Shown in pieces: positions 57,586 to 64,000 of a stretch of 64,000 nt of DNA (positions within the stretch are counted from its first letter, which is position 1; the number at the start of each line of letters is the position of its first letter). The notes under the pieces were generated by a model. It saw nothing but the letters and a program-made list of their open reading frames with translations, had not been told where the DNA came from and searched no databases. The DNA lies in the IMG/VR virus record IMGVR_UViG_3300032797_000632, positions 1 through 64,000 of that record, one strand, 5' to 3'. The DNA comes from a virus. A program made the translations under genes and the position numbers.

Positions 57586-58476
57586 ATGTTGGAAAAAAAG
57601 AGAGCCATGATCCAGGCCGAGATCGACCTGATCGCCTCCGACCTTGACCGGTCGGGGTACCCGGATCTGGCGGAAGGGGTGGATCGCCTCGGGTTCGAAT
57701 TCTCCCGCGGGGAGATCGGTGCCGAGAAAGTGACCGCGGATCTCAGGGTAATCAACGCCAGGGTGGCCGAGGACAGGGCCAAGGTCCGGGAGTCCAAGAA
57801 GGAGAAGGAGCCGGCGGAGAAGGAAAAAGAGGAGACCGAGGAGGAGCGGGAAGCCGCCCTTAAACAGCTCGATCTTCTGGCCGCCGACCTTGACCGGAGC
57901 GGACACCGGCGCATGGCCGAGATCGTCGATGACCTGGCCCGCGAGTACTCCCGGGGAAGCATGAGAGACTCCGAGGTCGAGGCAGAGCTGGACAGGGTCC
58001 GGCACGCCATCTCCTACGGGCGGTTCGCAAAGAAGGAAAAACCCGAGGAGAAGGAAGAGGAAGAGAAGGAAAAAGAGGCCAGGCGGCTGCGGATCGCCCG
58101 CATGCGCATAAGGCTGCGCGCCGCCCGCCGGGCAAGGGAGATGCGGGAGCGGGGGTTCCGCATCAGACCGCTGGGGCTCAGGGGCGGGCGCCCCGAGTCC
58201 GAGGTTCCGGACCGCGAGGCCAGGAGGGAGCGCATTCAAAGGCTCCTGATGCGGTCCAGGCGGGAGATGCGTACCGGCCTGGGGGGCGGGGAGACGGGCT
58301 TGTCCCGGATCCGGCGCCCCGACATCCGGGAACGCATGGAGGCCCGCCGGAGGCTCGCCGAAAGGCTCCGGGAGCGCCAGAGGCTCTCCCGGGAAACCGA
58401 GCCCCGGAGGCCGCTGCGAAGCCGGTTAGGGGAGCGATACCCCGTCAGCCGGTTTCGGCCCCGCAGGAGCTGGTAG
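57586..58476 (+). CDS. Protein with two helical repeats and an Arg-rich C-terminal half
   Basis: IDLIASDLDRSGY..LA..VD / LDLLAADLDRSGH..MA..VD; protamine-like tail. Confidence 0.7.
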   Translation: MLEKKRAMIQAEIDLIASDLDRSGYPDLAEGVDRLGFEFSRGEIGAEKVTADLRVINARVAEDRAKVRESKKEKEPAEKEKEETEEEREAALKQLDLLAADLDRSGHRRMAEIVDDLAREYSRGSMRDSEVEAELDRVRHAISYGRFAKKEKPEEKEEEEKEKEARRLRIARMRIRLRAARRAREMRERGFRIRPLGLRGGRPESEVPDREARRERIQRLLMRSRREMRTGLGGGETGLSRIRRPDIRERMEARRRLAERLRERQRLSRETEPRRPLRSRLGERYPVSRFRPRRSW

Positions 58477-58503
58477 CGGATCATCCCCGGCCCCTCGGGG
58501 GCC

Positions 58504-59974
58504 GTGGAGTGGCGAGACATGGCGGAGCTTGCCGATCTGCTGGGAAAGGTTATCCGCCTGAACAGGGCAGACAGCACGATCAACGGCATCTTCTTCAACC
58601 CCCTATTCGCGGAGAGGATGCCGGATCTGCTGCCCTCCCTGGCCGAGGCAGGTTTCTCGTTCGGGACTTCTGAGCATGAGCTGTTCGATGCGGACATCGT
58701 GGCGGCTAGGCTCGAGGCCCCGAACGGGAAAAGCCTCGATCTCGGCGAGGTGGCGGTGACCCCCGAAGGGGATATCGAGCCCTCCGGGCTCGTAAGAATA
58801 ACGAGGCTATTGGGCTTCGTTTCGGAGAATGAGTAGCGACGAAAGGAGGATGAGATGGCGGAGTTAAATCTGAACAGACTGATCGAGGCCAAGAAGGACA
58901 TCTGGGTCCGGAATCCGAGCAGGGACATGAGGATCAACCTCAAGGTCACCGGCATGGAGGGCGTGCTTCCTGCCATAGACCCGGGGGAGACCAGGTGCCT
59001 GTCGGAGGAGCTGAGCTACAAGCAGATCGACGAGAGCGACCTGCGGAAGCTCATCCGCCCGCGGGGGGGCAAGCCGGCCCCGCTGATGTTGCTCGACCCT
59101 GACGAGATGGAGGGCACGCCCAAGGTCCCCAAGCAGCTCGAGCCCGTCCCCGATGTGACCGCGGAGGACCAGGAGGCCAGCCGTGTCAAGACGACCATCA
59201 TCACCGAGGCGGAAGTAAACCCGAGGATCCAGCAGATCAGGCTCTCGCTCACGGGCAAGACGATGGACGCCCATGCGGCCATCGAGGAGCTTCGGAGGCT
59301 CGAGCCCAACCTGCAGGATCAGGACCTGGCGTTCATGCAGACGGGGAAGGATGTCCCGGCCGCGGTCAAAAAATGGGCGGCCACGGCCCTCGATAAGAGG
59401 CAGAGGCCGCCGGCTCCGGCCCCGAAGGGCAAGCAGGCGGGGCATGACCAGCCGGCCACAACCACATAAAGGAGCGTCGGGAGAATGGCCGAAGAGATCA
59501 AATTCCGCGAGGAAGACAGGCATAAATGGTCCGCATTCTGGCGGACCGCCGGGGGAGAGCAGGGATGCAGGAAGATTGCCGAGGAGCTCGGATTAAACGG
59601 GCCGAGGTTCGTGAACGCCATCCGGAGCTTCCTGTTCCCGTCCCCCGACCACGAGAGGGCGGCCCGCCTTCTCGAGGGCCTGAGAGAAGTGAGGGAGACG
59701 ATAAGGAGGGGTGTTTATGAAGGTGACCGATCGGGGATTGGCGGCTTTTCTGTACATGCGGAACATTCCGCTCGTTAGTTGGCGAAAGATCGACGGGGGC
59801 AGTGGCAGGGGTGGAAGGCTGGAGTTCGATTTTGAAATAGGCGAGCAGGCGTTCGACGAGCAAAAGATCCAGTACTTCAACTCGCAATTGCAGAAGTTCG
59901 ACCAGGCCAAGATAAGCCTGATGAAGATCGTCGACAGCGGATCGTATGAGAGAAAGGCCGCCTCCCCCGCATAA
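58504..59974 (+). other. Four small genes (58504-58836, 58855-59469, 59485-59778, 59717-59974); the last is DUF5659-like
   Basis: SDs present; TD..LAAFL motif in the last. Confidence 0.55.
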
Positions 59975-59989
59975 AGGGGGGATGGCCCG

Positions 59990-60898
59990 TTGGAATTCAA
60001 CGACCAAAACATAATCATCATGCGGAGGCGGACGGCCACCAAGTTTCCGCTGGTGATAGTCGATCCCGAGAAGGATGTCCCCCTCCAGATAAAGAAGGTG
60101 ACATACTCCTTCGTCGACTCTTTCGACAAGGAGGTTTGGGGCGGGGAGTTCGGGCCGGAGGGGGACCACGACCACGGGATCGACAAGGATCCCACGAAGC
60201 CGAACCTTTTCTGGTTTTCGATGGACCTCAGGAAGGCCTTCGGCGGGATCGAGTACCTCTCCTTCTTCGAGTCGGAGCTGCAGGGGGCCGACTCGGAAAT
60301 TCTGAGGAACTACAAGCTCATCAAATGCCTGGACAACGTCTATTACCGCTTGATGCCAGTCCTCCGGGGACAGATAGACAAGGCGCGGAAGACAGCCCAG
60401 CGCCTCGACATCGACGGCAAAGACTATAATTTCGACGGGCTGGACTGGGACTACAAGGACTACCAGCTAGCCACATACCTCGATCTGGGGGTGCAGATGA
60501 TAAACCTGATCAGCCCCCAGACCTACTTCTCGGTGAACAACTTCCCGCACCAGTATTTCGGGTCGCTCCTGATACTGGCCGCCATGATCTCCGCACTCGA
60601 CGCGCAGAAGCTTTTCTCGATAGACACGGACTTCGACTACTCCCTCGGGGGCAACGCCATCCGGGTGGACCATTTCACCCCCCTGAACACGTTCAACCGG
60701 GACATCGTCGAGCGCTTCAACGCCACGGTCAAGGTTTTCAAGCAGAGATATAGGAGCAAGGGCACGGCGATAATCCAGGTCCAGTACGGGATCGGGCTCG
60801 GGCGGTTCCTGAATGTGGTGCCGTCCGGCTGGTGGAGCCGGTTCGGGATAGCCGTGACCCCGCCGTCGATACCGACGAGGTTCAGCAACTGGAGCTGA
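59990..60898 (+). CDS. Putative head-tail adaptor (neck) protein
   Basis: Position after the MCP; D..L..YL......IN...P.T pattern. Confidence 0.6.
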   Translation: MEFNDQNIIIMRRRTATKFPLVIVDPEKDVPLQIKKVTYSFVDSFDKEVWGGEFGPEGDHDHGIDKDPTKPNLFWFSMDLRKAFGGIEYLSFFESELQGADSEILRNYKLIKCLDNVYYRLMPVLRGQIDKARKTAQRLDIDGKDYNFDGLDWDYKDYQLATYLDLGVQMINLISPQTYFSVNNFPHQYFGSLLILAAMISALDAQKLFSIDTDFDYSLGGNAIRVDHFTPLNTFNRDIVERFNATVKVFKQRYRSKGTAIIQVQYGIGLGRFLNVVPSGWWSRFGIAVTPPSIPTRFSNWS

Positions 60899-60900
60899 TC

Positions 60901-61794
60901 GTGAGTCTATTCTGGACAGAGCCTCAGCGAGTATTAAGCCGGACATGGAAGGTCAGTTTGGCCGTCCGGCAGAACCACCATCTGCTTCAAATAGCCGGCG
61001 AGCCGGTCTATCTCCTGCGGAGGATCCGGGCCGAGGACAGGGAGCCGATCGAGGGGAAAAACCCCTCCGTGGACATCGACCCGGTGACCGGACTCTATTA
61101 TTTCAATATCTGGCAGGACCCGTCCGACAAGCCGTTCCCCGACGACCGGAGCATTGCGGTGACGGTAAACGGCGAGGCTTGGCAGCAGGCATTCGACAAA
61201 TACAGCCTCGTGGGCGGCGACAAGGAGTTTGCCATCGAGATTTTCAGGAACGCCATAACGCCGGCCGGCACCCCGATAGGGGACAAGGTGGTGATCTGGC
61301 TGAGCACCCCGCCGTTTGCCCCCGCCGACGCCGTGGCATACACCTACAAGGAAATCCAAAAGACGGTGGACACGAGGACCATGCAGCCGGGTCGGGTGGA
61401 CTGCCCCGCCGGCGGTTCCGGGGCGGGTCCGGGTGCGGACAGCAAATCCCTATATGGCCTCGAGCAGTACAAAAACCCCCGGTCCATGTGGAGGGGAAAG
61501 CTTCTGCCGAACACATTCCCCCTGGCCTTTCCGGATGTCATGCGGGACAGGGTAGAGCTGTCAAACGCCGGATTCGTGAGGATATCGGAGATGAAGCATT
61601 GGACCTCCCCTCCCCCCCTGTGCCCGGCGGTGCGCGAGCACGACTATATCGTCCGCAGGACAAACGGGCGCCGGTACGAGGTGACGAATCAAACGGAGAT
61701 CAGGCTGGGGTACCGGCTGGTCCAGCAGCAGTTTGATGTGACGGAGGTCGACGCCTCGAGCTCGGTGCAGAACATCCCGGTGGAGACGAACTAA
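60901..61794 (+). CDS. Putative head closure/neck protein
   Basis: GEPVYLLRR; HWT; DYIVR..NGRRYEV; QQFDV. Confidence 0.6.
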   Translation: MSLFWTEPQRVLSRTWKVSLAVRQNHHLLQIAGEPVYLLRRIRAEDREPIEGKNPSVDIDPVTGLYYFNIWQDPSDKPFPDDRSIAVTVNGEAWQQAFDKYSLVGGDKEFAIEIFRNAITPAGTPIGDKVVIWLSTPPFAPADAVAYTYKEIQKTVDTRTMQPGRVDCPAGGSGAGPGADSKSLYGLEQYKNPRSMWRGKLLPNTFPLAFPDVMRDRVELSNAGFVRISEMKHWTSPPPLCPAVREHDYIVRRTNGRRYEVTNQTEIRLGYRLVQQQFDVTEVDASSSVQNIPVETN

Positions 61795-62232
61795 ATGTAT
61801 ACGATGGAGATCAGGCCATTCAACAGGGCGGCCAAGAAGCTGGCCAACCCGCGGATGTTCCGGGATAGCCTCATCCGGCAGATCCCGATCCTGGCGGACG
61901 CCACCTACGGGATTCTGGTCAAGGAGGCCGTCAACCGGGGCTTTCTGGATTTCGCCATGAGCGTGACCCTAGACCCCAAAAGGGGCCGTATTTACACGAT
62001 CCCCGGGGCGTATGTGCAAAAGGGGCAGGCGAAGGGCATGGAGGCCACCACGCAGAAGGCAATGGCCAAGGACATGCTTGAGAGGGCCAAGGAAAAGGCC
62101 GGGGAAGGGGACGAAAAGGCCGTAAGGGGCACGATCAAGCCCACAAGCGAGGAATTGTCCTCCCTTATCAAGGCCGTGGCCCCACGGGCGTTTGATGCGG
62201 TACGAGAAGACATGGTGGAGGAGCTGGCATAG
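61795..62232 (+). CDS. Hypothetical morphogenesis protein
   Basis: 145 aa within the neck cluster. Confidence 0.55.
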   Translation: MYTMEIRPFNRAAKKLANPRMFRDSLIRQIPILADATYGILVKEAVNRGFLDFAMSVTLDPKRGRIYTIPGAYVQKGQAKGMEATTQKAMAKDMLERAKEKAGEGDEKAVRGTIKPTSEELSSLIKAVAPRAFDAVREDMVEELA

Positions 62233-62828
62233 TGTTTTACTACCGGCTGACAAAAAAGGCGTCCCTCGAGCTGATAAACTATTTCAAGAAGTGCTTTTTC
62301 GCCTGGGAAAAGGGGCGGATTCAATTTGCGGACGGGCAAAACAAGATCCCGTTATGCAAGATGCCGGAGGTCATGCGGGAGGAGAAGTGGGAGCTTCGGA
62401 CATATCCGGCGGTCCTCGTGGGGTCCCCCCGGGGCGATCCTTTTCCAATGTCCATCAACAAGGATTATATGGACACGGACGAGACATACGGGAAGCCGGT
62501 CTACGGGTCCTATGTGGAAATGACCCTGCCGGTTTCCACGATTGCGGAAACCCGGGAGGAGAGCAACGACCTGGCGGACTTCTGCCTGATGATGATCCTC
62601 CGCCCGGACGCCAAGGAATATCTTCTCGGGTTGGGGATCGAGATACCGAAGCCCCCAAGCCTAGACGGAGACTCCTACCTCAAGGATCAAACATCGGAGT
62701 TTGGGCTCTACCGGACGGACATAGGAGTGTCCCTGAATTTTCATTGGGCAGAGATATTCGATCCGCTTGAGACGGTGCTGGATATATTCACGGATCCGGA
62801 GTTTGTGTCAGCGTTTGAATTGATATAG
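62232..62828 (+). CDS. Putative tail terminator/completion protein
   Basis: YPAVLV; ST.AETREE.NDLAD pattern; position. Confidence 0.6.
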   Translation: MFYYRLTKKASLELINYFKKCFFAWEKGRIQFADGQNKIPLCKMPEVMREEKWELRTYPAVLVGSPRGDPFPMSINKDYMDTDETYGKPVYGSYVEMTLPVSTIAETREESNDLADFCLMMILRPDAKEYLLGLGIEIPKPPSLDGDSYLKDQTSEFGLYRTDIGVSLNFHWAEIFDPLETVLDIFTDPEFVSAFELI

Positions 62829-62912
62829 AATATTATAAAAGAGGGCCGGCCACCAAACTGGCCGGGGGTTGCCGGGGCCCCATCCCGGGGCATGGAGGAA
62901 ACATGGGATACT

Positions 62913-64000
62913 TTGACACTCTCCCGATCAAGATGCCGGGGGATTCTCGGGACTTGTGGTGCAAGGGTACCGAAGGGCCTGCCCGGCCCTTAAAATGTTA
63001 AGGGATGCGTTGAGATCACGATGGATGGTGAGACCACAGTGAGGACAGCGATGGATGCGGATGCTCAGGTCTTTGGGCACGAGGATTCCGCACCGGGAGC
63101 ACACCTGCGAGGTGTTCTTGGCCGGGACTTCGACGATCTGGCGGGCAACAGCTTCTTCCGCTTTTTGCCTGAGAATCGTGAAGAACCCGAACCACGCCAC
63201 ATCCCTCATGGATTTGTTAAGCGATCTCCAACTATTCCAAGATTTCATTTGTTCGATATAAATAATGTCATAGCTTTTGAGCAGACTGTTGGCAGTCTTA
63301 AAATGGAAGTCCCGACGCTGATTAGCGATCTTGGCGTGGGTACGGGCGACAAGAATTTGGGCCTTGTGCCTACGGCCAGAACCCTTCTGCCTCCCATCTT
63401 TCCGACGCTGGCGCATAGCAAGCTGGCTCTCGGATTGTTTGAAGAATCTGGGGTTGTCGACGATCTTTCCGTCGCTGGAGGTAAAGAACGATTCGCATCC
63501 CACATCGATGCTGGCCTCCCTGCCCGTTGGTGGCATGGGTCGGGTAGGAACATCATCGCAGGAAAAGGAAACAAACCATTGGCCAGCAGAGGTTCGGCGG
63601 ATAGTTACGGTCTTTATTTTTCCTTCGATGGGGCGGGAGAGGCGGATTGTGAATCGGCCTACCTTCTTGATAATCAGATGTTTGCCGTTGAGCTTCCATC
63701 CTGCCTGTTCGAGGGTAAAGGAATCGTAGCGATCCCGGCCCCTAAACCGAGGCAATCCTGGCCTATTGTCTCCCAGTTTCCATTGCTTTATTCTTCGAAA
63801 GAAACCTTTGTAGGACGAATCCAATCGTTCAAGGACATCTTGGAGAACTTGCGAACCGACCTTACTGAACTCGGGGAATTCTGCCTTCAGAGCAGGAAGT
63901 TCTTTCATCTGGGCATATTTATTGATGGATATTCGGTTTTGCCTGTAGGCGGAGATCCGTTGCTCGAGAGCAGTGTTATACAATCGACGGCAAAGCTCAA
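62913..64000 (-). mobile_element. tnpB: IS200/IS605-family element with TnpB (CDS 62928 to beyond the window edge)
   Basis: IDVG, IEQM, TSQVCSRC..CPHC, HRDLNASLNI; right end GAATCCCCCGGC..CGGGAGAGTGTCAA on the minus strand. Confidence 0.9.

Larger units (their letters stand above)
1..64000 (+). mobile_element. Large tailed bacteriophage genome segment (probable myovirus; both ends lie outside the window)
   Basis: Dense co-oriented small ORFs; portal, prohead protease, major capsid and neck genes; phage-type MTases, SSB, RusA, HNH, tRNA; no host housekeeping operons. Confidence 0.93.

Noticed and set aside
55707-58010. 767-aa minus-strand ORF (also 23107-25059, 40320-41735, 43251-44720)
   Set aside because: Shadow frames of GC-rich, codon-biased + strand genes; no recognisable domains
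1-64000. CRISPR array or diversity-generating retroelement
   Set aside because: No regularly spaced direct repeats, reverse transcriptase or TR/VR pair noticed by eye
1-64000. Genome-wide stop-codon reassignment
   Set aside because: Recognisable genes end normally at TAG, TGA and TAA; only single in-frame stops at 30292 and 49720 stand out

Overview
A 64-kb, GC-rich segment of a large tailed-phage genome, probably a myovirus. Almost every gene is on the + strand; the exceptions are two TnpB elements. The left arm (1-30.8 kb) carries early/middle and DNA-metabolism genes: AAA ATPase, HNH plus tRNA-Arg(CCU), NUDIX, SLT, SSB, RNase H, RusA, DUF5131, TSCPD, WYL, GIY-YIG, four DNA methyltransferases, Vsr and a replication initiator. 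The right arm (30.8-64 kb) is morphogenetic. It has an intein-containing portal, about 14 kb of acidic putative head-internal proteins with Arg-rich leaders (among them a Dam-like MTase, an FtsZ homolog and an ADP-ribosyltransferase-like protein), then prohead protease, scaffold, major capsid and neck genes. The most notable observations are: (1) an unannotated ORF start at 49678 with an in-frame UGA followed by a bacterial SECIS-like hairpin, a candidate phage selenoprotein; (2) a C5 MTase whose +1 frame encodes extra target-recognition-like repeats; (3) an MTase intein hiding an HNH endonuclease in another frame; (4) a short motif, (G)RP[LM]R[RM][IM]x[ML], shared by eight unrelated proteins; (5) a GCACCATAG element upstream of seven early/middle genes. 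All family assignments come from motif recognition by eye; no database searches were run.
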